The position numbers and the translations under genes are program-made. A stretch of 64,000 nt of DNA from contig RHPI01002910.1 of assembly GCA_009103225.1 (NCBI GenBank), positions 364,678 to 428,677 of the forward strand. The letters run 5' to 3'. A model generated the notes under the pieces. That model had not been told where the DNA came from, did not search any database, and saw only the letters and a program-made list of their open reading frames with translations. Positions 27,705 through 39,854 of the stretch are shown one piece after another. Numbering within the stretch: the first letter of the stretch is position 1; the number at the start of each line of letters is the position of its first letter. Source of the stretch: Chlorokybus atmophyticus (taxonomy: Eukaryota > Plantae > Mesostigma and Chlorokybus algae).

Positions 27705-30700
27705 ATGCAGCAGCAGCCGGCGGCGGCGGTGTGTCTCATGCGCTTCGACGGCGGGTCCAGGGGCAACCCTGGCCCAGCTGGGGCAGGGGCTGTGCTCACG
27801 ATCGGCGACAGGATTGTCGGTGAAGCCGCCGTCTTCATAGGCCGGTGAGGCCATCAGCATGCCGAGCTATCTCCATCTCCATCTGTTCATTGTCAAGCTG
27901 ATGGTGTTGGTCCGGCTGAGCAGATCTGCCAGTGATCTAGCATTGAGCTTGCATGCGTGGCATGCATTGCCGTCATTGTCGGAGAAAGAGAGTGTATTCG
28001 CATATTTGGGTTTGACTACTGAAGGTGCCTTTCTTCTCCTCACATCCAGCGTCAGCCAGCTGGCTGCTTGCTCTTACAGTTGAGCATCCCCTCGTTTTAT
28101 GTTGCGGATGAAGGCCTGATGATGTCATCCGGCAGGCAGTGTGTTGCATGTTTGATGGTGTACTTCAATGCTTGCGCTTGTTGCAACCGACACGTCTTTT
28201 CGTTGACGAGTTTGACGTCAATGCCAGACCGCATGCAATGTGCCTTGCTCGTTTAGTTCCATCAAGTTTCTTGTCATGGCTCAGTGTGCTGTTTGTTGGT
28301 TCAGTGTGCAAAATCTGTTGACAGTCTCAGCGCATGCAGCAGCCCGTGCCAAAGTGCGCGGCTACAGACAGGTTGAATGCATTGAAGCTGAGTTTGTTGG
28401 GCTGTCTGCGTGCATGCAGTGCCACGAACAACGAGGCAGAGTACACCGGTCTCATTGTCGGTTTGGAGATGGCGCAGCAGCTGGAGATCCAGGAGCTGAG
28501 GGTGGAAGGAGACTCTCAGGTCAGTGCACACAATTACATACACGCATGCACAAACCCACACACTCGCGCACATACATACATACCTGAGTTGCACGCACCC
28601 CTGCACGCGTATACACTTGTGCATGCGCATGTACCAGTGCATGCGCACATGCATGCCTACTGTTGTACCCAGCCACTCGTTGCTTCTGACCTGCTGTGTG
28701 TATCATCTCGCTCAGTTGATAGTGAGGCAAATGAACGGCGAGTACCAAGTTAAGCAGCCTCACCTTCAACTGCTTCATCAGCGCGCGCGATCCCTTGCAC
28801 GCTTCCACAACAGGAAATGCACCATTTCATACATCCCGCGCGCGCAGAACTCAAAAGTGAGCTTCTTGTACATTTGCATATTGATTGTTGATGTATTGCT
28901 TTGCATGTGACTTGATGTTGTTATTGATGTGGCAGGCAGACTCTTTGGCCAACGAAGCCATGGACACGCAAAAGTCCCGCACTTTCGTCCAGGACCCTGG
29001 CTTGCAGCTGGGGCAGCGCGTGGTTGATGATGCACGCAATGGCCAAGAAGCCACTTGCATGGCGGCAGCGAGCAACGTTGCCACAAGGTGAATGGCGCTT
29101 GTTGTGTCGGTCACACAAAGCCAACAGTACGTTAAGTAGATAGGTAGGCTCTGCAATTACAGCCTGAAGAGTGGGGCTCAGTTCAGTCCTTTTTCTGCTG
29201 GCCGCACAGCAGCAACGGCGGAGCTTCCACAATGAGGACGCCGCAGCAAGCAACTCCCATCGAAGCCCAAGCACAACAATACCAACATCCACAACAACAA
29301 CAACAACAACATGCACAACAGAGACACGTGTCCTCTTCTTCTGCTCTGCAGGCGGCTGTTCAGGCCGGCACATCTGAGCAGCAGCAGCCTGGCGCTGGGA
29401 GGCCTGCTGCTGGCGGGGTTGAGAGTGTGGGCTTTGCGTTGCCTGGCCCAACATCAACCACAACAACTTTCCCAACATCCCCAACACCCTCTACAACAAC
29501 AACATCATCAGCGCAGAGGCAACAAGAGGTACTCTGCCGCTGCGGCGTGCCCGCTTCCGTGCACGACGTGGCCGGCAAGTTGGGACCGAACACTGGCCGG
29601 CGGATACTCGCTTGCGCGGCCGCACGCTGCGAGTTCATCGTGTGGCAAGGCACAACATCCCCACCACCACCACCACAACAACAACAACACAACAATAACC
29701 CGGTTCCAGCTGCCCCTGACTGCACTCACGTCCCAACGCACACCTTTGAGATTAGGTATGTGGCTCTGGTGTGAACGTGTGTTGTCTGGAGCAGTGTTGT
29801 TGTGTAGTGCTCACGCTCATGTTGTTATCTGTCAGCCCCAAAGAGCCAGCTGGCAGGGGTCATACACGCTCGGCGTATCGCGTCGACGATGTGTCCGGCG
29901 CCTTGCAAGTGGCTGTCCCGTTCGCTTCAGCTGCTGTCAAGGCTGCGATAGAGAGTCAGATGCACAGCGCTGCGGTGGCCGACACGCAGCAGACCGTCGT
30001 GTACACCGTGCCGCCGGCCAACATCTCGCAGGTGATGCTGTTGTGCCATGTTATGTCTGACTTGTGTATAATTTGTATTAGACCACACACATATTATGGT
30101 TGTCCTGTCCGAGTGTCCTGGCCAAGTGTTGATTACAATGTTATTCATGCTACAAGTTGGGATGCGTATATGAGTGTCAACCCAAGTGGACTTGGACAAC
30201 TGTTGTGCGCGCAGGCCGTGCGGGTTCTGAGCCAGTTTGAAGTCGTGCCGGAGGACATCATCCGCATGGGCCACAAGCGCAAGTAAGCCTTTTTGTCAAG
30301 TGAATGTTATATCCCCCCACTCGCGGTGTCAGTCAAGCACACAGCACGGTGTCTCTTACACACGCATGCGTGCACACACACACACACATACAACATGCGC
30401 CTTCCCCGGCCGCAGAGTGGAACCTCTGGCGGACGGGGAGTATGGTGCCATCCGTGTCACGGTCGTTGGGCAGCTGGCTGATATTGAGCTACCGCGTGCC
30501 GGGCACTTGGTACATGCGCGCGATAAGCATCATGCATCCCACCCAACAGATATACACAAGTCTGCCTAAGGGTTACTACTGTTAACTCATGAGCGCGCAG
30601 TGTGTAGCAGCAGTCCTGTGTGACATGCAAATGCAGAGTGTGACATGCACAACCTGTGTGGCGCAACCTCACTGCAACCGACTACTTCCATATTTGTGTG

Positions 30701-31442
30701 ATTGTGTGGTGGTTTGGTCTTGATATTGTTGCTACTGCTGCTCACTTGCAACTGCGTGCAGGACGCCCTCGTGAGGTCCCTTGATGTTGACTCGCGCCAG
30801 TGGCACGAGCGGGGCAAAGTGTGGACAGTTATGGCCAACACGTTGCCGAGTCTCGCGCGGCGGTGGAGAGACCTGGGCTACGCTTCTAACGACAATTTCC
30901 AGGACTACCTTTCAACACTATGCGGGAAACAGTTTGCTGCCACGTCACGCAACATCCCAGTATTGCGTCCGACGGCGTCGCCATTGAGTAGCGTTGTGAA
31001 GCCGGAAGATGTTGTGTACGTTACGGGCAGCATGGGCCGGCGCGGGTCGCCATGGTGGAGAGCGAAAGTTAGTATTTTCAACACTTCACCAGGTCACGTG
31101 GACAGCTTGTCTCAGGAAAAGTGTTGACACTTACACTGCTTACCCCCAACTGTATCAGTGTTGTGTAAATTATACCTGTTGAGCAATGTCTGCAGTTGGT
31201 GCGGTGTGCAATTTTGGGATGACGATGATGACGGTGATGATGATGATGTTATTGGTTGTGACTATTTCGTTGTTGACTCTCTGGAGGTGGCAGCACCCTT
31301 AGGTCGTGACCCCGAACAGGGCTTCTGTACAAGCGAGCTACAGCGGGCTTTGTGTCTTGTGCAGCAAGCTGCGATGTCTCCTTGTTACTTGTCAAAATGT
31401 ATCATCTCCCTCTGCGGGCCCAGCAGTATCATGGCAGTATAA
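27705..31442 (+). CDS. Multidomain protein: RNase HI (archaeal/plant-like) + zf-GRF + HARP-like modules + PWWP/Tudor-like C-terminus
   Basis: RFDGGSRGNPGPAGAGAV, ATNNEAEYTGLIVGL, VEGDSQLIVRQMNGEYQVK, IPRAQNSKADSLANEAMD (D-E-D-D intact); CRCG...KLGPNTGRRILAC...CEFIVW; SRQWHERGKVWTV; DVVYV...GSPWWRAKV...VQFWDD. Multiple GT-AG introns. Confidence 0.8.
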
Positions 31443-32052
31443 GTAGCTCGCCTCATCTATGAGCCACTGCCCACACACAACCCCTCACATGTGAGGGTTG
31501 GTTGTCCAGATCATGGTCGCTGTCCTGGTCGTCCTGGTCGCGGTCTAACCTCTCCCTCTCCCTCTCCCCCTCTGTGCTTCTTTGTGCACTTCTGCAGGTA
31601 CTTGCTGCAGCCCTGTCCTGGCCGTTCTGCTGCTGCCCAACCTACCCACGGTCCAGCATTTGCACATAAATCCCAGCCCCCGTAGTTGTATATAAGGGGT
31701 ATGGTACGGTGGCAGCATGCATGGTGTGGACAACTAAGTTGCTTGCAGTTGCTGTGTTGCAGCTTGAAATCCTATGTGTTCGCTTGATTGTTTGCCTACG
31801 CAAACTGGCCCCTTTCTCTGCACTACCCTATGTGACAGGCATTGACTTCTTTTACTGCCGAGTTGCACACCAGTGGCTTGCACACGTGGTTAAGAAGTAC
31901 GTTGTCTCTCGTGAGTAATTCAATCAACATGCAGACACACCAGCAACAGAGCGCAACAACGTGCAGCAGTCAGTTCTGCACAGCAATTGCCATCAACGAG
32001 TCAACCAATTCAACGCATTCAATACTACACACTCGCTACAAGCAACCAGCAT

Positions 32053-33998
32053 TCAATGTTGCTTTGCAAACACTGTCTGCAGCCGTTCCTCCTCGGGCAA
32101 GACCTCCCAATTCGGGCTCTGCATGGCCCTCAGCCACCTGAAGTCATCCACCTGTTGCCACAACTCATTCTCCCCATCCAGCTGCGCAGCCGCCAAATCA
32201 CTCTCCACACCCTCATACTGATACACATACGGTGCGAATCGCACGGCACACGTGTGTTCGACAATTGGCCTGCTCCTAACTCTGAGATAGAAATCACTCC
32301 AACTTGTGTTGTGTATGCGTATCTGATGCGAGGCCAACACGAGCACGCTGTCTGTCACGTCTTCTATGAGTACAGCACCGGAGACGGGCCCGCAGTACAC
32401 GCGGCAATTGGTCAATTTGTTGATGAAGAGGGCAGCCAGCTGGCCGCACACGTACACCGTGCAGTCGGTGAGGTTGGAAAGAGTCAAGTCCTGGCCCTGG
32501 ATCTCTGATCTGTTCTTCACAATGGTGATGTTTGTTTCATTGCGGATGCTGCAGCCATCAGACAAGTACGAGCAGCTGGTAGCAGCAGACTCCAGTTGTG
32601 TTGTACTGGCACCGTTACTGTTGTCATTGTCATTGTTATTGTTGTTGTTGTTGTTGTTGTGTGCTGCCTGTTGTGTTGTTGACGAGGAGGAAGGAGACTT
32701 TTTACTCTTGCCGGCGAATGCGAACTTGCGTTTGGGCGCTGCTTCTGCTCGTAGTGACGCGATGGTTTCTCTCAGGGCTGTTATGGCGGCTTGGCAGGTC
32801 CGCACGTCGTAGGCTGGCAGGTAGTACGCCGCGTCCGCCACTTCCCTTTCCAACTCAGCAACCTGCAAACATGAAGCAAGCAAACCATTTTCAGCTCGGT
32901 TTCCAACTTTGCCAGGAGAATAGAACACGTCGTCGTATATCAGTACTGGATGTGATGAGTGTGAGTGTTGCGATGCTTGTTGTCGCATCCAAGTGACACC
33001 ACCCTGACCCTGCCCAAGCGCATGAGCGCGTGTGCATGCGTGCATGCGTGCGTGTGTATGCGCGCAGGTGTGAGCACGCGCGTGCACATGTTCGTGTGTG
33101 CGATCGTTTGCATGGGCATACGCACATACGTGTGCGATCGTTTGCATGCGTCCATCCGCATGTATTACAGTGCATCCACCTGCGTGGCGACCTCATCCAC
33201 CCGCCTTCTCCTCTCCACCTCCGTCTCCGCGTCCACACTCACGCTCGCGAAGCTGTCCCTGACTGCCTCCTCGCGCGAGCGGAACCGCTGCCAGAAGCGC
33301 GACGCGTCCTCGGACGGGGCGGAGGAGGCGGACAGAGCCTCGCGGCGACGGTGGATGTCGGCCTTACTGCAAATTGAGTGGTATGAAATTTGGATACTGA
33401 TAGTGAGAGACGGTGACGTGGACTTGTAGGCGAGTATGTGAGGTGTTGGTGTGTGCACGCATGCACGCGCATGTGCATGCCCTTGCAGCTGTGGTACGTG
33501 TGCATGCTCGCGTTCGCATGGGTGCGTGCATGCGGACTTCGCACAAACACACAACACAACACCACGAACGGTCAAACACCTTGGTAGACCACCAGCCACT
33601 GACAATCACAAGTACACGCAACAAAACGAACACTCTTCACACACATGAGCAGAAAAATTATGGTTGCATATGCAAAACGAGTCAGGTTTATCTGGCGAGC
33701 ACGGACTTTTGGTTTGAAAAATTGTCGAGGGGAATACCGTGGCATGCACTGCATGTGCACACCCAATCACTGTCAAACAACATGTATATATCGTGAAGTT
33801 GCTACAACATGTGTATATATTGTAGAACTCAGCACCAAGCAAGCAAACAAACAATCCATCAATCAAGCAGCTCACTGACTTGACTTACCGTGCAGCGTCG
33901 CTGGCAGCTAGACGGTCGGCCACCCCGGACTCCCGCGCCGCCAGAGCAACATCCACGCCGGTGTCAATAGCTGCGTCTGACTCCTCCACAGCCACCAT
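32053..33998 (-). CDS. TBCC: Tubulin-specific chaperone C (tubulin-folding cofactor C)
   Basis: YYLPAYDVRTCQ...PKRKFAF, beta-helix DLTLSNLTDCTVYVCG..ALFINKLTNCRVYCGPVSGAVLI, ASHQIRIH, FYLRVRSRPIVE, WQQVDDFRWLR.MQSPNW. Confidence 0.9.
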
Positions 33999-34707
33999 CT
34001 TCCCCTCCTGCTCCTCCTCCACTGTCTCCTGCTCCTCCTCCTCCTGCTCCGCCGCCGCCAGACTGCCCAGTACGGTTAATTTGGCTAACCAGGCCTCGAC
34101 GCAGTTACAACGTAGCCGCCCTTTGCCGTATCGAAGGCGCTGTATCGCGTGAGAAAGATACCCGACGTGTACGCGTTACGTCTACCAGCCACACGACGAA
34201 TCAACGTAACCCGCAGCCCAATGGAGTCAGGTCGCGTTGTAAGACAGGACATCCTGCTTGCCTTCACATGTAAGTTACAGCGAACCTTTTCCCCGCAGCA
34301 AACCGACCTCCATCTGCGGACGCTTGTGACATGACGAATCCAATACTTCCTTAGATAATCGTCAAGGCGTTGGGCACAGCCTGCAACTTAGTAAGTAAGA
34401 TGACAGATCGCAGGGTCTCTTTACATCCAGGGTCGTCAACGCAACTACAGTGGATAAAAGGGTCTCCCCTACGCGATCTCTGATTGGCTTCCTTACTGCA
34501 AGCGCAGGCCAGTCTTTGATCGAGACGCGACGCGCGCTGCTAGTTAGCAGTTTTCAGCCGCGGCGGGGCATCGCGGGCTGGGCTAGGGTTTCGTTCAACT
34601 TTGTGCATTTGGTGAAGGGTGCTGTGCGCGTGGTTGGTGTGGTCGGTGTCATCAGTAAAGGCGGCGAAGGAGTCGAGGGTGTGGTTGCCAGTGTGATCTT
34701 TTGCGAA

Positions 34708-35696
34708 ATGGCGTCCGCTGTCGCTGCCCAGACCGCTGTGTCCCTGCGGCGGGAGGTCCAGGGCCTCCGCCTGCGCCCCACCCCCCAGCCCCAGGCTGGC
34801 GCTGTGGTGAGTTCTTGCTATGCTTGGATGGTGCGTTGCAGCTTCCATCTGCACAGTATTTCCGTTTGCGAAAGCTATACGGAGGAAGGAACATGTGCAT
34901 GACCTGAACTGGCACATGGCACGCCCTGGCTGCTGGAGCTTTTGTCTTCAGTGCGTGTGCTCTCCATAATACATCGAATGTAGTGCACAGCAAGTCTCAA
35001 CCCTACAACATGGGTGGTTGCAAGGTGTGTCAAGTCAAGCAGTGGTATGCTTGATGGTGTCAAGGTGCTGACTTGCATGCTTGTGCAGCGCATGGTCGTT
35101 AGGAGCAAGCGCACCATTCCCGAGGGCGCCCGCTGCGACTACCTGGGCTCCCCCACCAACCTGGTGAGTTTAAAGGCAGGATGACCATAGATCGCACAAT
35201 GCATTCCACCTGGCGATTGCAGGATGACTCGTTGGCATGAGTGCATGCGCAAGCGTTCCAAGGACCAAACAAACGTCTGGGGCTTGTTTGCGTATGCGCT
35301 TAGATTATGTCCTAAGCTTTGTTCCTGGCTGATAGCTTGTTAGCTCTGTGTGAGGTATTAGGGGGTTGTATGAGCTGTTATGGCTGTGGGTAATATCACC
35401 TGAAGTACGTCGGACCAATCATTAGCATCTAAATACTAACCTCTCCTCCCTCCCCTTCCCTTTCCCAGATCATGATCGCCTCCACCACGATCATGCTCTT
35501 CGCCGGCCGCTTCGGCCTGGCCCCCGCCGCCAACAAGCGCACGACGGCGGGTCTGAAGCTGTACGACGCCCCGATCGGTCAGAGCACCGGCGACCCCGCG
35601 GGCTACACCGGCACCGACGTCCTGACGCACGGGAGCATCGGACACCTGCTCGGAGTGGGCATCGTCCTGGGACTCAGGGCCATCGGAAACCTGTAG
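34708..35696 (+). CDS. PSAK: Photosystem I subunit PsaK precursor (3 exons)
   Basis: Transit peptide [11 protein letters not shown]; [38 protein letters not shown]...TGDPAG...[15 protein letters not shown]. Confidence 0.95.
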
Positions 35697-36440
35697 AGTG
35701 GCGGTCATGACTCGACAGAAGCCTAGTCCTTGGCGTCGTCGTAGGTCTGACTGGTGATGATGCATCTTTGAACTCTGGACACACACACACATCTCTGTAT
35801 ATTGATATAAACCACATTATCTCTTCGTATTGGGGATTGGTGGTGCACATGCGCTTGGTGCTTGGCTTGTGCGTCTTATGATGGAGTGCTTGCTCGAAGT
35901 AGACAGCGAATGTTGTGTGAAATTGGTATGCGCATGGTTGCTTGATCTTGGCATGTACTATGGACACAGTGTCACGAGCTTGTGTAGAACATGTTTGTGT
36001 CGCGAGATGCATGCCAACTGCACCTAATACGAGGAATGCATAACCAAGAACTGGCTTGAATGCCGAATGTTGACAAGCTCTTCTGTAGTCACATTGCATG
36101 CAACATCAAACACACATGGCACCACCTTGAGTGTGTGTGCCTCGCTCACAAACCCCGGTATGTATTTCCTACGGATATTGGTGCAAAAAGCAAGAGCTGC
36201 CCCGATAACGGCATCAACAACACAAGTTGACACCGGAAGGAAGTTAAGGACAATTGTGATCTACATTAGCCCTGCATGCTGCAGGTTGCATCGCACAAGG
36301 GTCACTATGGTATTTCAATCAAGTGACTGTCATCCTGGCCAGCTCGGGACACAGTAGAGCATAACTGGTCTCACTCACACACACTGTGCAACACAACGCG
36401 CACTGCACGCATCTGATAAGCTCTGTGCGTGTTGCTTAGG

Positions 36441-36503
36441 CCAGGACTATGGCACGTGTCGTGCCATAGTCCTGGTAGCCATGGTCGTGTCGGCCATGGA
36501 TAC
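36441..36503. repeat. Two abutting hairpins, both with CG-TGT-CG apices
   Basis: CCAGGACTATGGCACG-TGT-CGTGCCATAGTCCTGG (16 bp perfect), then GTAGCCATGGTCG-TGT-CGGCCATGGATAC (13 bp, one G-T pair and one mismatch). Confidence 0.85.
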
Positions 36504-36918
36504 CGATGCCAACAAGCTCAACAAACGCAAGACAATGCACAAGTTGCAAGTTAGTTGTAAGTCATAGGCAAGGCAAAGCGTTGGCAAAAGCAAGTCGTGT
36601 GCTGGGGCCCCACAGCAGCACGCTCAACAAGGTCGGAAAGGCAGCAACAGGTAGCAACAGCGCCTCGCACGAAGCAACACGCCACAGTGAGCAAGCTGCC
36701 AAAAGGGATCGCAGACACGCTGAAGACTCTATCTAGTTGTGCCTTGACGACGCACACCAGCTTCCACATCGTGGCAAGCTCCGGCTAACCCCATGCAGCA
36801 ACCACCACGTGCAGCAGAGTCGCATATTTAGCGTTGCAACGCACAAAACTCTCTCACAAGCACTCTTACACAAGCACACAAAAGACAATGACTTGCCACT
36901 TGGTCTGCCCTTTTGTCA

Positions 36919-38938
36919 ATGTTGTCAACGATGTTGTCGCCGTCGGCGGCGCCGGCGTGCATGTCGCCGGCATTGTCCCTGTCACTGTCGTCGTCATCGC
37001 TTCGCTCCTTCCCCGGCGCCGCTCCTCCTGTTCTCCTCCTCCCGCGCCTGGCGACATTGACCAGGCGGCGGCGGCGGCAGCCGCCCGCCTGCTGCTGCTT
37101 GCCGTCAGGCCAGCAGCAGCGGCAGGCAGGCCGCCTGCTGGGCCTGGCCGCTGCCTCACCTGCCCTTGTTCGCAAACATCAGGCCGCGGAGGTCACAGAG
37201 GAGGCGGCGGGGGCAGCTAACAGCGTTTTTCTGGCTGCTGCGCTGCAACTGTTGTGCACAGCAGGTGGGCACGCAATGCACGCATGGGCGTGTGAAACAT
37301 GCATATGCATACAGAAATGCATGCGTGCAAAGCTTGCATGCAATAAGCATGCATGCGTGTTGCGCAACGCAGGATTCATTCTACTGAATGTTTACACTTG
37401 CCGCAATGCAATGACGAAGGTCACGTAAACTGCACTCACAAGTTGGTCGTTGATGCACCTTGCAAACAGCTGCTTGATCTCAGTTACTCAGCACAAACAA
37501 CCAAGCAATGCTTGACACATGTCATTGTGACACATTGAATTGTTTGGTTGGTTGTGTTGGGTTGACCGAGACGTTTCTTGCCTGCAGCTTGGCACGGAAA
37601 CATACAACCATTTTGAAACAGTGGCGTTGAGTGGTAGCAGCTGCATGCAGTAAAGCAATCACAAGTCCACGCAGCATCAATGCTTACTACATGCGCAACT
37701 TGTATGCCTCTTGTGAATATCACTGACATGCACAAGCCAATCTTGATGGTTAAATGATGCTATTGCTGTTGCTGTTGCTTGACGCAAACGGTGGTTCTGC
37801 AGACGCCAAGGCTGTCGAGTACGGTGAGGACTTGTGGACGGTCCCAGAAGTGTCTCCAGGTAAGTAATCCTCTCCATCCCTTTCGTTGCAGTGCACTGTT
37901 TGGCATTGCATTTATAGTGTGACCCTTTGACTCATTACAAGCTGTGCTTGGTAGCCATTCCTGCATTCACATGCTGGTATAAGGAGAATAGATGGGATGC
38001 GCGCAATACTGCATGCATTGCTGTATACATGTATGCACCACTGTGACTTATTGTGGATTGTTCTCCTTGGACCGTTCGTTGGATCGTTCACTCGCTCACC
38101 CACGCAATTGTTTCATTTCAACCAACCTCTCACACCCAACACCCAACAGGTCATACACATGCACATGCACCTAGGCGGCACATGCACGCACACACACCTT
38201 CTCAACTCCCTCTTCTCTCGCAGCCCAGACAGTAGCCGGCTCCCTCCTCGTCCTCGCGATCGGATTCCTCCTCTTCCGCAGTCTCCGTCGTCGCGCCCAG
38301 CGCGCGACAAGCGTGAAGTACACTTCCGGCGCTGACAAGACCGCGGAGGAGATCGCACTCGAAGTCCAAAAAGCCAAGGAGTTGGACATTAAGGCGCCGC
38401 CCACCGTGCTCGGCACGCTCTCGGGCGCACTCGTTGCGGGAGCCATTGCGCTCGTGTGCTGGAGGTTCACGCAGACGGTCGAGGCCACGTTTGCTGGACA
38501 GAACGTGTCCAGCGAGTACACGGTGAGTTGGGGTGGGTTGTTGGCAATGTTGGGTTGTGTTGTCACAGGGTTGTCATTTCTGCTGTACTGATTGCAAGGC
38601 TCACACTGTTGCCTCCTTGTGTGACGTTGCAGGTACGCAACATAACTATTACGATCAGGTGAGTCATGGTTGGGGATGAAGCGGAGAGCACTTGGTAGTG
38701 GCGTGCGTTTGTGACATTTGCCTGTGTGCGCAGGACGATTATTGTGGGCACGCTGTACCTCGGCACGTTTGTTTTTGGGTTCAATGCATTCGGCTTGTTC
38801 CTATACGGCATGCAGCTGCTTATCAACGGGCCCCCACCGTCATCGCCCGGCACTCCCGACAGCAATAAGCTGCCCGCAACCTCAGATACACGCACTTCAT
38901 TGACGCCAGACAAAACCACGGAGAAAAAGTCTGATTGA
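36919..38938 (+). CDS. Chloroplast membrane protein, DUF3082-like
   Basis: Ser-rich transit peptide MLSTMLSPSAAPACMSPALSLSLSSSS; in-phase exons 36919-37264, about 37804-37860 and 38224-38522; then YTVRNITITIRTIIVGTLYLGTFVFGFNAFGL, which I recognise as the DUF3082 pattern. Confidence 0.75.
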
Positions 38939-39854
38939 GTTTACTTTTAGGGCAATCAGAATCTTTGGTTGCCCCCACCTTATGACCACCAAGTTTTTAC
39001 TTTTACTACTTGAGGTACATTGAATTGCTCTGAGCAGCAGAGAGCTGAGGGGCTAGTCATCTCTGCTTATGGCGCTCAGTTGCGGGTTGTATATGTAAGG
39101 TGAGCACAGCCAACCATTGCTGATGCTTAAAAAGTTTTGTATTGCATGCATTGTGCGATCATGGCACTTTCATCGCGCAATGGTCATGGGTGGCGCGCAT
39201 GGTAATGCTGTAGCCATAGTACAGTCATAATTGCGCAAGACATCTGCATCCAAATAAAACTCTGAGCACAGCCAAGGATTGGCTTCAACATACACATGAG
39301 CATAGTATGCATTGCACAGAGAGGCAGATTTTGATTTGCATGTACGGCACTGGTTGTACTCTGACCCGGATATGCGCGTGCGTGCGCATTTGTGTGCGTG
39401 CATGTGCAGCTGCGGGTTGCTAGGGTTAATAGTGCATATTATTCAAGAAAACGCGCTGCGCAGCGAGATTGCGCGGTACAAGCTAGCAGGATCCCGGGTC
39501 CCCAGCATCAACAGCATTGTACATTTATACCACAGGGTTGGTGGCCTACTCTGTCCTTCTCTGTGCATGTACCGCATGCATCTGTCACATGCACCGAGAC
39601 GCCACCAACACAGTGGCATGTGTCAGGAATGCTGTTGATGCCTGGAAGGCTGCATGTGCAATTATGTTGGTTACCTTGCATGCCGGAGGCGGTTAAGGTA
39701 AACAGGCTGGGGGGATGGCCTAACAGGGCCGCATGGAAAGGGTGTTGTTATGAAATGTGCGCATTTGCAGGAGCCTCGGTGACCTCGCATGTGCTTGCCA
39801 GCAATTGGAGCAACTGCAAGCGATGGATTTGTCACAGACTTACATGGCCTTAGG

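Noticed and set aside
27705-29090. RNase H as a retrotransposon remnant
   Set aside because: It is spliced, has intact catalytic residues, has no adjacent RT, integrase or LTR, and sits head-to-head with a host gene.
14150-33650. Many Cys/His/Ala/Met-rich ORFs in the six-frame track
   Set aside because: They are translations of intronic (CA)n, (GT)n and GCAT repeats inside identified genes.
37855-37872. Minus-strand ATTACTTACCTGG resembling the U1 snRNA 5' end
   Set aside because: It is the reverse complement of a consensus CAG/GTAAGT donor of the DUF3082-like gene; no U1 body follows.
39170-39850. ORFs between the DUF3082-like gene and ATP12
   Set aside because: No recognisable homology; they lie in convergent 3' UTR space.
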